From: Bacilli bacterium
Lineage (GTDB): Bacteria; Bacillota_I; Bacilli_A; RF39; UBA660
Direction: 5' to 3'
DNA: 32,000 nucleotides
NCBI GenBank assembly: GCA_017459425.1
Contig: JAFUCZ010000024.1
Coordinates: forward strand, 9,672 to 41,671
Made by a program: the position numbers and the translations under genes. The notes under the pieces were generated by a model. It made no database searches and was not told where the DNA came from. It saw only the letters and a list, made by a program, of their open reading frames with translations. Shown here one piece after another: positions 8,497-16,924 of this stretch. Numbering within the stretch: the stretch's first letter is position 1; every line of letters starts with the position of its first letter.

Positions 8497-10299
8497 ACTA
8501 TCTAGTTTTTTTCTTTCACTTGTATTTAATACTTTTTTTCTCATTCTGAAGCTAAGTGGTGTTACTTCAACTAATTCATCACTATTGATATAATCTAAAC
8601 ATACTTCAAGTGACATTTTTCTAGGACGTTTTAATACGACTGTATGATCTTTACCTGCACTTCTTGTGTTTGTTAAGTTTTTACCTTTAACAACGTTAAC
8701 TGCTAAATCATTATCGTGGTTATGTTCACCTACTATCATACCTTCATATACTTGATCTCCAGGTTCAATAAACATAACTCCTCTTTCTTCTAATTGTCCA
8801 AGTGAGTAAGCAGTTGCTTGTCCATTTTCCATAGAAACTAACACTCCAAGTTTTCTTTCACCTACTTGTGTACCCGCTAATTTTCTATATTCTTTATATG
8901 TATGGTTTAATATACCATAACCTTTAGTCATAGTCATAAATTCTGTCATAAATCCGATTAACCCGCGTGATGGCATTGTATAATATAGTCTAACTTGGTT
9001 TTCTTGTGTAACCATATTTTCCATGATTCCTTCTCTATTTCCAAGTGCTTCTATTACTGCACCAACATATTCTTCAGGGACATCTATTTGAACATCTTCA
9101 AATGGTTCACACATTACACCATCTATTTCTTTTTTTATTACTACTGGTTTTGATACTTGAAGTTCGAATCCTTCTCTTCGCATGTTTTCAATTAAAATTG
9201 ATAAATGTAATTCTCCACGACCTGATACTGTAAATGATTCATTGTCGTAGGGTTCTACTTTTAAAGATACGTCTTTTTCTGTTTCTTTATATAGTCTTTC
9301 TTCTATTTTTCTGGCTGTAACTATTTTACCTTCACGTCCAACAAATGGTGAAGTATTAACACCAAATGTCATTTGAAGTGTTGGCTCATCAATTCTAAGT
9401 ATTGGAAGTGCTTCTTCTTTTCCTATTGTACAAACAGTTTCTCCCACACTTATATCAGGTAATCCCGATATTGCTATTATATCCCCTGCATGTGCTTCTT
9501 TTACTTCAATTCTTTTAAGTCCAATAAACCCAAACATTTTTTGGATTCTAAATTGTTTAATTGATCCATCTAGTCTTACACATGATACCATTTCATTTGC
9601 TTTTACTGTTCCACGTTTTACTAATCCTATACCTATTCTACCAACGAAATCATTATAATCTAGAAGTGCTGGTTGGAATTGAAGTCCACCCTCTTCTTCT
9701 ACTTTTGGACATGGTATTGTATTAATAATTGTGTCAAATATAGGATCCATTGTTTCTTTTTGTGTGTTTATATCTGGATCTAAGCTACATGTTCCACTTA
9801 AAGCTGAAGCATATATTACTGGGAATTCTAGTTGATCTATGTCAGCACCTAATTCTATAAATAAATCAAGGACTTCATCTACTACTTCTTTAGGACGAGC
9901 TGATGGTTTATCAACTTTATTTACTACTACTATTGGGGTAACATGAGCTTCTAATGCTTTTTTTAGTACAAATCTTGTTTGTGGCATTGTTCCTTCATAG
10001 GCATCTACTATTAATAAAACTCCATCAACCATATTCATAATACGCTCTACTTCTCCACCAAAGTCAGCATGTCCTGGTGTATCTAGGATGTTTATTCTAT
10101 AACCGTTATAATCTATTGATGTAGTTTTAGCAAGTATTGTTATTCCTCTTTCTCTTTCGATATCATTTGAATCCATTACTCTATCATTTACTTCTTCGTT
10201 TTCTCTAAAAGTTCCTGACATTTTAAGTAATTTATCAACAAGTGTTGTTTTACCGTGGTCTACATGTGCGATGATTGCGATATTTCTAATATTTTTCAC
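8485..10299 (-). CDS. typA: Translational GTPase TypA/BipA
   Basis: [17 protein letters not shown] (G1), [14 protein letters not shown] (G3) and NKVDK (G4), with an EF-G-like domain organisation over 604 aa. GTG start. Confidence 0.95.
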   Translation of the reverse strand: MKNIRNIAIIAHVDHGKTTLVDKLLKMSGTFRENEEVNDRVMDSNDIERERGITILAKTTSIDYNGYRINILDTPGHADFGGEVERIMNMVDGVLLIVDAYEGTMPQTRFVLKKALEAHVTPIVVVNKVDKPSARPKEVVDEVLDLFIELGADIDQLEFPVIYASALSGTCSLDPDINTQKETMDPIFDTIINTIPCPKVEEEGGLQFQPALLDYNDFVGRIGIGLVKRGTVKANEMVSCVRLDGSIKQFRIQKMFGFIGLKRIEVKEAHAGDIIAISGLPDISVGETVCTIGKEEALPILRIDEPTLQMTFGVNTSPFVGREGKIVTARKIEERLYKETEKDVSLKVEPYDNESFTVSGRGELHLSILIENMRREGFELQVSKPVVIKKEIDGVMCEPFEDVQIDVPEEYVGAVIEALGNREGIMENMVTQENQVRLYYTMPSRGLIGFMTEFMTMTKGYGILNHTYKEYRKLAGTQVGERKLGVLVSMENGQATAYSLGQLEERGVMFIEPGDQVYEGMIVGEHNHDNDLAVNVVKGKNLTNTRSAGKDHTVVLKRPRKMSLEVCLDYINSDELVEVTPLSFRMRKKVLNTSERKKLDSKKV

Positions 10300-10416
10300 T
10301 TATTTCACTTCCCTTTACGACTGCGATATTATATCACATTTTATTAGTTTATGTAAAGTTTTTTTATTTATCTTGAAACCATTAATTTTTTAATTTATAA
10401 TTAAATAGAGGTAATT

Positions 10417-11031
10417 ATGAAAAAAATAATATTAAGTTTAATTATATTTTTATTTGTGTTTAACGTGAGTGCAGAAGAAAAGGTAAGTGTTACTCTTAAA
10501 AGTTGTGTTGATGGAGATACAGCTAATTTTATTATGAAAAAGAAAGAGATAAAAGTGCGTTTTTTAGCAATTGATGCCCCGGAAATTAAACATGGTAGTA
10601 AAAAAGCTGATCCATATGGTGAAGAAGCAAAGTTTTATACTTGTTCTGAGCTTAAAAAAGCTGATAATATTTATCTTGAATTTGATGATAATAGTGATAA
10701 ATTAGATAGGTATGATAGATATTTAGCCTGGGTTTTTGTAGATGATGATTTGCTTCAATATAAAATTGTTAAAAAAGGGCTTGCTAAGGTGGCGTATTTA
10801 TATGATGATTATAAATATACGGATGTTTTAAAAAAAGCTGAAAATAAGGCTAAAATTAGCACTAAAGGTATATGGAGTAATAATAAATTAGAATTTGATT
10901 TCGATTTTATAAAAGAAAATTATATATATATAATTATTGTAGTATTATTTGTTTTATTAATATGTTTAATTAGTAAGAAAGCTAGAAAACTTATTAAGAA
11001 AAAAATTTATAAAAAAATTAAAAAGTACTAA
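10417..11031 (+). CDS. Thermonuclease (staphylococcal nuclease family), membrane-anchored/secreted
   Basis: N-terminal signal peptide. VDGDTANF...VRFLAIDAPE...YGEEA...DRYDRYLAWVF matches the SNase catalytic core. There is a C-terminal TM helix plus a basic tail. Confidence 0.8.
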   Translation: MKKIILSLIIFLFVFNVSAEEKVSVTLKSCVDGDTANFIMKKKEIKVRFLAIDAPEIKHGSKKADPYGEEAKFYTCSELKKADNIYLEFDDNSDKLDRYDRYLAWVFVDDDLLQYKIVKKGLAKVAYLYDDYKYTDVLKKAENKAKISTKGIWSNNKLEFDFDFIKENYIYIIIVVLFVLLICLISKKARKLIKKKIYKKIKKY

Positions 11032-11055
11032 TTTTGGTAATTAGTACTATTTTTT
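11024..11055 (+). terminator. Rho-independent terminator
   Basis: 10-bp stem agtactaatt/aattagtact with a 5-nt loop, followed by attttttat. The stop codon lies inside the stem. Confidence 0.55.
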
Positions 11056-11182
11056 ATACAATTTAATTAAATTTGTATATATAAAAATAGTAATCTGTTT
11101 TAATTTTTTTACAAATCGTTAAAATTAGTGTTTTGACATATTTTTTTTAATATATTAAATTCTTCTTGAAAGGAGATTTTGT

Positions 11183-12247
11183 ATGTTAAAGCTTAGAAAA
11201 AATTTAAATTTAAAAGAAGTTTATGACTATCCGCTTGATCCTACATATGTTAAGAAATTACTTAAAACATGTGAATTAACTGAAAATGACAAACTATCAA
11301 TATTAGGAGATTCTATGTTTAATACTATGTTTTTAAATAAACATGGATTAAAATACTCAGCTAAACTTTTTTCTTATTTCTTTAGAATTAGATATGAAGC
11401 ACTACTAAAAAAATTAAAATTTTTTAAAAATAATGTAGGTAAAATTAGAAATGGTTCTAGAAACTCTAGATGTGATTTGGTAGCCCAAATTGATGATTCT
11501 ATAATTAATTTAGAAGTAAATAACAACGATTCTGTTTATGTAATGCAAAGAAATATTGATTATGCATTTAGATTATATTCAGAAAGCTCTGTAAAAGTTA
11601 AAGCGGGATATGATTTTTCACAAATAATTCAAATTAATTTAAACAATTTTGCTTTTAAAGATACTAATGAAACTTATGAAATATATACTATCAATAATGG
11701 ATCTAAAATACTTACTTATAAGTTAATTATTATCAATATTTATGTTCCAAACATAATCAAAAAATGGTATAATGAGGGTGTAGAAGCTTTAAGTGAAATG
11801 GAAAGATACATCCTTGGACTTGTAGAAGAAGATACAACTAAAGCTAGTACTTTAGGAAAGGATATTGATATTATGGATGAATTTATTGGTGAAGCACTAT
11901 CGAAAAGTAGAAATGAAAGGCTAAGAAGATCATATGATAAAGAACTAGCCCTTTTAGATCAAGGTGATAGAAACGGATTTAAAAGGGGTATGATGAAAGG
12001 AATGGATAGAGGATTTCAAGAAGGAATTGAAAAGGGAATTGAAAAAGGATTTGAACAAGGTATTGAACAAGGTATTGAACAAGGTATTGAACAAGGTATT
12101 GAACAAGGAATCAAGCAAGGAATTAACCAAAGTAAATTTGAAATAGCACAAAAAATGATTGATAATAATGATAATATTGAATATATTTCATTTATTACTA
12201 ATTTATCAATCGATGATATTAAAAAAATAAAATCTAAAGTTAATTAA
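11183..12247 (+). CDS. Rpn-family / PD-(D/E)xK nuclease family transposase-like protein
   Basis: RCDLVAQIDDSIINLEVNNN fits a D...E-x-(N/K) PD-(D/E)xK core. The C-terminal GxEQG repeat block is followed by IAQKMI...ISFITNLSIDDIKKI, the arrangement typical of the Rpn/YhgA-like family. This is recalled family knowledge and was not searched. Confidence 0.6.
   Translation: MLKLRKNLNLKEVYDYPLDPTYVKKLLKTCELTENDKLSILGDSMFNTMFLNKHGLKYSAKLFSYFFRIRYEALLKKLKFFKNNVGKIRNGSRNSRCDLVAQIDDSIINLEVNNNDSVYVMQRNIDYAFRLYSESSVKVKAGYDFSQIIQINLNNFAFKDTNETYEIYTINNGSKILTYKLIIINIYVPNIIKKWYNEGVEALSEMERYILGLVEEDTTKASTLGKDIDIMDEFIGEALSKSRNERLRRSYDKELALLDQGDRNGFKRGMMKGMDRGFQEGIEKGIEKGFEQGIEQGIEQGIEQGIEQGIKQGINQSKFEIAQKMIDNNDNIEYISFITNLSIDDIKKIKSKVN
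12023..12130 (+). repeat. In-frame 12-nt tandem repeat (nine units, four perfect) encoding (G-I/F-E/K/N-Q/K)n
   Basis: Perfect ggtattgaacaa occurs four times at 12059-12106. It is flanked by degenerate units ggaattgaaaag, ggaattgaaaaa, ggatttgaacaa, ggaatcaagcaa and ggaattaaccaa. Confidence 0.9.
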
Positions 12248-12250
12248 AAT

Positions 12251-12287
12251 AATAACCCCTATTTCTAATTATGAAATAGGGGTTATT
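12251..12287. terminator. Bidirectional terminator between convergent genes
   Basis: 15-bp stem aataacccctatttc/gaaataggggttatt with A/T runs on both sides. Confidence 0.65.
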
Positions 12288-12288
12288 T

Positions 12289-13359
12289 TTAATCTTTATT
12301 TTTTTTAAATCTTTTTATAATTTCTTTTAATCCTTCATGTTCAAATACAACATTTGTTGTAGCAACAAATATTATTACTATAATTAAAAGTATTCCATAT
12401 ATTATATAACCTAACATATTATCCTTTATTACATATATAATAGAGGCAAAAGCAAATAGAGCATCAATTAAATATATAATTAAAACTGTTGTCCTATGTG
12501 ATAAATTTCTATTTAATAATTGGTGATGAATATGAAATTTATCTGCTTTAGTTGGACTTTCACCTTTTAAAGTTCTTCTAATAATAGCAAATAAAGTATC
12601 AAGAATTGGAATAGCAATTAATAAAAGCGGTATTATTAAAGAAGATAAAGTTACATTTTTAAATCCAAATAACGCTATTACAGCTATAGTAAATCCCATA
12701 AACATAGATCCACTATCACCAGCAAATATCTTAGCCGGATAAAAATTATGAACTAAAAATCCTAACGTAGAACCTAACATTACCATTGTAAGTACATAAT
12801 CAAGTCCAAATTTTTGTTGAATAAATGCTATTATACCAATCGTTAAATAATAAATACTACTTATACCACCTGATAATCCATCTAAACCATCTATTAAATT
12901 AATACAATTAATACATCCTAAAATAAATATAACAGTAATAGGATAAGATAATACTCCAAATTTAATATATATGCCAAATGCACTTAAATCTTGCATTATA
13001 ATATTACCATAAAATACAACTACGCATGCTGCTGCAAACTGACCAATAAACTTAGTTAACGGTTTTAATTCGCTAATATCATCAACAACACCAGTCAAAA
13101 TTATAAAAAAACTACCAATTAGTACAGCATTCATTTGACTACTATGTGTACCAAATATCATGTATCCCAGTAAAAAACCTAAAAATATAGCAACTCCACC
13201 TAATTTTGGCATAGGTACTTTATGTATATGACGAGCTCTAGGCTTATCAATCGCACCTATTTGAAAAGCAAGTTTTTTCATATAAGGTATAATACCTGCT
13301 ACAAATACAAATGGTACTACAATCATAAGTATAGTGTTTAATAACATATCTTCTCTCAT
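12289..13359 (-). CDS. tagO: Undecaprenyl-phosphate N-acetylglucosamine-1-phosphate transferase (MraY/WecA/TagO family, GT4)
   Basis: Polytopic membrane protein with DKPRARHIHKVPMPKLGGVAIF, INLIDGLDGL and FYPAKIFAGDSGSMFMGF. These are the conserved polyprenyl-phosphate N-acetylhexosamine-1-P transferase blocks. Confidence 0.85.
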   Translation of the reverse strand: MREDMLLNTILMIVVPFVFVAGIIPYMKKLAFQIGAIDKPRARHIHKVPMPKLGGVAIFLGFLLGYMIFGTHSSQMNAVLIGSFFIILTGVVDDISELKPLTKFIGQFAAACVVVFYGNIIMQDLSAFGIYIKFGVLSYPITVIFILGCINCINLIDGLDGLSGGISSIYYLTIGIIAFIQQKFGLDYVLTMVMLGSTLGFLVHNFYPAKIFAGDSGSMFMGFTIAVIALFGFKNVTLSSLIIPLLLIAIPILDTLFAIIRRTLKGESPTKADKFHIHHQLLNRNLSHRTTVLIIYLIDALFAFASIIYVIKDNMLGYIIYGILLIIVIIFVATTNVVFEHEGLKEIIKRFKKNKD

Positions 13360-13425
13360 ATTATCACTTCTCTTGTATTTAATTATAGCATATTTAAGTA
13401 ATTCTTTAAAGATTTTAGTAAAGTA

Positions 13426-13516
13426 TTTTATATTTTCATTTAGTTTTTTGATTATTTATTACTAATACCTTTTTTTATTTAATATAAAAATACCTCATTT
13501 AGAGGTACTATAACAT
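13426..13516 (-). pseudogene. Deletion relic of a second copy of the 14195-16870 helicase gene (its 3' end fused to its 5' end and leader)
   Basis: 13426-13455 matches 14202-14231 (the helicase 3' end) with 1 mismatch. 13451-13516 matches 16835-16900 (the first codons, start region and upstream hairpin) with about 6 differences. The two segments join at a shared attatt. The start codon is ATA in the relic. Confidence 0.6.
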
Positions 13517-13535
13517 GCTTTTTATTGTATAATCA

Positions 13536-13715
13536 TTAAAATAATTCCGGGTGACTACCAGTAGCAACAAGCACTAATATTAATTGATTATTTATATATT
13601 GATAAACTAATAGCCAATCTGGTTCTATATGACTTTCGAAACTTTTTTTATAATGCCTACTGTCAGTAAGTATATGATTTTTATATTTTTCACCTAATTC
13701 TACTCCATTTACTGA
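13536..13715 (-). pseudogene. N-terminally truncated YafQ/RelE-family toxin remnant
   Basis: My translation is SVNGVELGEKYKNHILTDSRHYKKSFESHIEPDWLLVYQYINNQLILVLVATGSHPELF*. It matches the C-terminal two-thirds of YafQ-type mRNA interferases (H.L.....H I.PDWLL.Y....L.L.RTGSH..LF). It has no start codon, and an in-frame TAG lies at 13716-13718. Confidence 0.65.
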
Positions 13716-13724
13716 CTAATAACT

Positions 13725-13955
13725 TTAAGCTTGTGAACATACTTGCCTTGCTTCTTCATCTTTTTTTAATTCTTTACTAGGTTTAGATTCTTCTATTTTA
13801 AATGGAATACTAGGTGTTTTAACACACTTAGTCAAGAACATATTAATTACTGTACTCATGTTTAAACCTAAATTTTTAAATAACATATGACTTTCTTGTT
13901 TAAGCGTTGCATCAACTCTGACATTTAAATTAGTAGTATTGTGAATACTTTCCAT
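13725..13955 (-). CDS. RelB/DinJ-family type II antitoxin
   Basis: LNVRVDATLKQESHMLFKNLGLNMSTVINMFLTKCVKTPSIPFKI fits the DinJ ribbon-helix-helix pattern (vR.D...K......lG...s.ai.mFl......iPF). It lies immediately upstream of the toxin remnant. Confidence 0.7.
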   Translation of the reverse strand: MESIHNTTNLNVRVDATLKQESHMLFKNLGLNMSTVINMFLTKCVKTPSIPFKIEESKPSKELKKDEEARQVCSQA

Positions 13956-14194
13956 ACTCTCCCTACTTGCGTATTATTATATACTGGGACTAATATTTGT
14001 TAACATATTTTCATTACATCGTCATTATTTTGTAAAGTATTTAGTAGAATTACTGATTACTACATATAATTAAAGAAGTTTTATTATATTTCCTTATCTA
14101 TTTTCGGTAATATATGCTATATTTATTTAAAACAAAAGAAATGATTTTCTTATGAAAACACACTTTTTTGTGCACTTACTTTTGATTCAACGTT

Positions 14195-16870
14195 TTATTT
14201 TTTTATAATTTCATTTAGTTTTTTGATTATTATTTCTTTTTCTCTTGAACCATTTGTTTTAAATCTAAGTAGTGGAATATCACACTTTTTTAAAATATTA
14301 TTTTTTATTTGGTCTCTTATTATTTGTTTCTTTTTATTATGAAAAAAATATCCATCTACTTCTATTGCAAGTACAGGCTTTTTATCAAATTTATTAAATA
14401 TTAGAAAATCTATATGTGAATTATGATTAATAAATTCAATTTCTCTTTCATTTAAAATAGTTTTATCTTTAACTATTTTTCTTAATGGATATACTTTATC
14501 TAAAACATCATATGTACTATATTCATCCATTTGTAGTATTTCTTTTATAGTATTATACATAATAGTTTCTGAATCAAATTTAGAAAAAATAGTATGTGCT
14601 TTTAAATATTGTTTTTTAGTATCTTCATTTACTTTGTATAGTAAATCAAATATTGAGTTTATTTTACTTTCTACTTCTTCAAATTTATTATATTTAATAT
14701 AACTTATTAAATTAGAAATATTAGAATTATTACTTGATTTATATTCATCTGGTGTAACTAAAAATAGTTTATTAATAGCTCTAGATACTGCTACATTAAT
14801 AGAATTAGGATTATCTAAAAATTTTGTTATATTGTTTGCTACTGTAGAAAAAATAATAGTATCTTTTTCTCTTCCTTGAAATCCATGAACTGTATCTATA
14901 GATACATTTGGGCAATTAATTTCACCTATTAGATAATTTTTTTGGGCTTTATATGGAGTTATAATTCCTACCCGATCTTTATTTATATCTATTTTTTCAT
15001 TTGGTATTAGTTCATCTATTATAATTTCTGCTTGTCTTAAATTATACCAACTATTATCTCTTTTTCTAGCGTGATTACCTTTTACTGATTTATATTGTTT
15101 AATTGGCTCATTATTATTACTTTCTGATAGTATTATTAATTCATTATTATAGAATTTTTTATTACAAAAATTTATTATTTTAGGATGACATCTATAATGT
15201 TCTCTTAAAATGACTATATTATTAACTGTTTTTTTAGTTAAATCAAGTAAACTATTTTTAGTGTAATTAAATTTTTCTTCTATATCATATTTATTAAATA
15301 TTTCATTAAAATCTATATTTTTATCAACTATGTTAGGTAGTTGCTTAGAATCTCCTACTATTATTACGTTTTTAGCCATGCTAAGTGCAGCAAATGAAGA
15401 TACTAGATCTGCTTGAGAAGATTCATCTATAATCATGTAATCAAACATAAAAGATTTATTAACACAATTTATTAATGAATATGTAGTACTAAGTATTACA
15501 GGGTAATCTTTTATTAATTCTTGTGTATTATAAATTGTTTTTTTATCATATATTTTTTTATTATTATAATTTTTATATACATAATCTTTAAATAATTTCA
15601 TAGAAATATCTGTATATGTTTTAAATAATTTTTCATAATTTAAATTCTTTATATAATCTTTTTTTTCTTGTACTTGTGTTTCTAATTCTTTTATTCTTTT
15701 TTCGTAATATGAATATTCTAAATAATTTAAAATATCTACTATTTTATTACTAGTATCAATTTTATATTTTATTTTTGATTTAATTTGTATTAATTTACTA
15801 AAATATTCTTTTTTGTTTTTTTGTTTATTTAAAAACATTAAAACTTCATGTAATTTTTTTGAATCATAATCAGGTAAATTAATTACTTTTATATTAGATA
15901 TATCAATACTTTTTTTAAAATAATTATATTCTGTTTTTAATTCATCTAATTCTTGATTTGCTGCAGCTATTTCATTTTTTATATTTAAATATGAATCTAT
16001 ATCACTATTCATTATATTTAAATTATTTTTTATTTTATTTATTTCTTCGTCATTTAATTTCCAATTATCAGGATATAATTCATTAGATTGATTATTAATA
16101 AAATCTTTAATATTACTAGATTTACCTAATTTCGCACATATAGAAGATAAAGATTGTTTTTTTAATTTTTCATATACGTTATCAGTGGCACTATTATTAT
16201 TAGATATAACAGCTACACTATAATTTGAAATAATACAATTAGATATTATATTTAAAATTGTTTGTGTTTTACCTGTACCAGGTTGTCCTTCTATTGCACT
16301 AACATAATTATTAAGTGCATTATTTAATGCTTTTTTTTGACTTAAATTAAAACTAAATGGAAATATATTAGTATCTATTTTAGTGCCTTTATCTTTAATA
16401 CCATTAACATAATACTTAATGACTGAATCTTCATTTATAAATTTTAATTTATCATATATCTTACTTAATACACTATTATCTTCATTATTTGATATATCTT
16501 TAATAGTTAAATAACTTGATATTTCATTTAAATAATTATAAACATTTCTTACATTTATATTAGATAGCAAATTACTTTTAATTGTAACTTCAGAATTATT
16601 ATATAATTTAGTAGTATTATTACTAAAAAATACTTTTATATAATTATCAAACTTTAATATTTTTTCTACATTAATTAAAGTATTATATGAAGTTGATATT
16701 ATAGAATCTTTTATGATTATAGGATATTCTTTTATTATTAAATTAGATTTATTATATGTATATATTTTATCACTATAATTAACACTTACTAAATTATCAT
16801 TAATATCAACTACATTTTTAGTTATATCTTTATCATTATTTATTACTAATATCTTTTCTTCATTTAACAT
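14195..16870 (-). CDS. Superfamily 1 (Upf1/DNA2-like, AAA_11/AAA_12-type) helicase with a C-terminal DUF2726-like PD-(D/E)xK nuclease-fold domain
   Basis: Walker A GQPGTGKTQT, motif II MIIDESSQ, then VGDSKQLPN, LREHYRCHPKIINF, TVHGFQGREKD and NVAVSRA (motif VI). The C-terminal HIDFLIFNKFDKKPVLAIEVDGYFFH...RDQIKNNILKKCDIPLLRF resembles the DUF2726/Vsr-like endonuclease fold. It is on the same strand as the DGR RT and 54 nt downstream of it. Confidence 0.85.
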   Translation of the reverse strand: MLNEEKILVINNDKDITKNVVDINDNLVSVNYSDKIYTYNKSNLIIKEYPIIIKDSIISTSYNTLINVEKILKFDNYIKVFFSNNTTKLYNNSEVTIKSNLLSNINVRNVYNYLNEISSYLTIKDISNNEDNSVLSKIYDKLKFINEDSVIKYYVNGIKDKGTKIDTNIFPFSFNLSQKKALNNALNNYVSAIEGQPGTGKTQTILNIISNCIISNYSVAVISNNNSATDNVYEKLKKQSLSSICAKLGKSSNIKDFINNQSNELYPDNWKLNDEEINKIKNNLNIMNSDIDSYLNIKNEIAAANQELDELKTEYNYFKKSIDISNIKVINLPDYDSKKLHEVLMFLNKQKNKKEYFSKLIQIKSKIKYKIDTSNKIVDILNYLEYSYYEKRIKELETQVQEKKDYIKNLNYEKLFKTYTDISMKLFKDYVYKNYNNKKIYDKKTIYNTQELIKDYPVILSTTYSLINCVNKSFMFDYMIIDESSQADLVSSFAALSMAKNVIIVGDSKQLPNIVDKNIDFNEIFNKYDIEEKFNYTKNSLLDLTKKTVNNIVILREHYRCHPKIINFCNKKFYNNELIILSESNNNEPIKQYKSVKGNHARKRDNSWYNLRQAEIIIDELIPNEKIDINKDRVGIITPYKAQKNYLIGEINCPNVSIDTVHGFQGREKDTIIFSTVANNITKFLDNPNSINVAVSRAINKLFLVTPDEYKSSNNSNISNLISYIKYNKFEEVESKINSIFDLLYKVNEDTKKQYLKAHTIFSKFDSETIMYNTIKEILQMDEYSTYDVLDKVYPLRKIVKDKTILNEREIEFINHNSHIDFLIFNKFDKKPVLAIEVDGYFFHNKKKQIIRDQIKNNILKKCDIPLLRFKTNGSREKEIIIKKLNEIIKK

Positions 16871-16874
16871 AAAA

Positions 16875-16893
16875 ATACCTCATTCAGAGGTAT
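16875..16893 (-). promoter_or_regulatory. Hairpin overlapping the helicase Shine-Dalgarno sequence (terminator-like or SD-sequestering)
   Basis: The minus strand reads ATACCTC-TGAAT-GAGGTAT followed by TTTTT and ATG. The GAGGT RBS is the 3' arm of the stem. The same hairpin is conserved in the relic at 13488-13507. Confidence 0.35.
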
Positions 16894-16924
16894 TATATCA
16901 TCATTTTTATTATATTTAAAGATA

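Noticed and set aside
12023-12130. Possible CRISPR array or other non-coding repeat at the 12-nt tandem repeats
   Set aside because: The units are contiguous with no spacers, only 12 nt long, and in frame within a long ORF (GIEQ repeats). No cas genes are present in the window.
14131-14150. Shared 14-mer caaaagaaatgatt at 14131-14150 and 24217-24232 as a possible recombination or att-like site bracketing the DGR
   Set aside because: The match is short, AT-rich and without extended flanking similarity, so it is compatible with chance in this composition.
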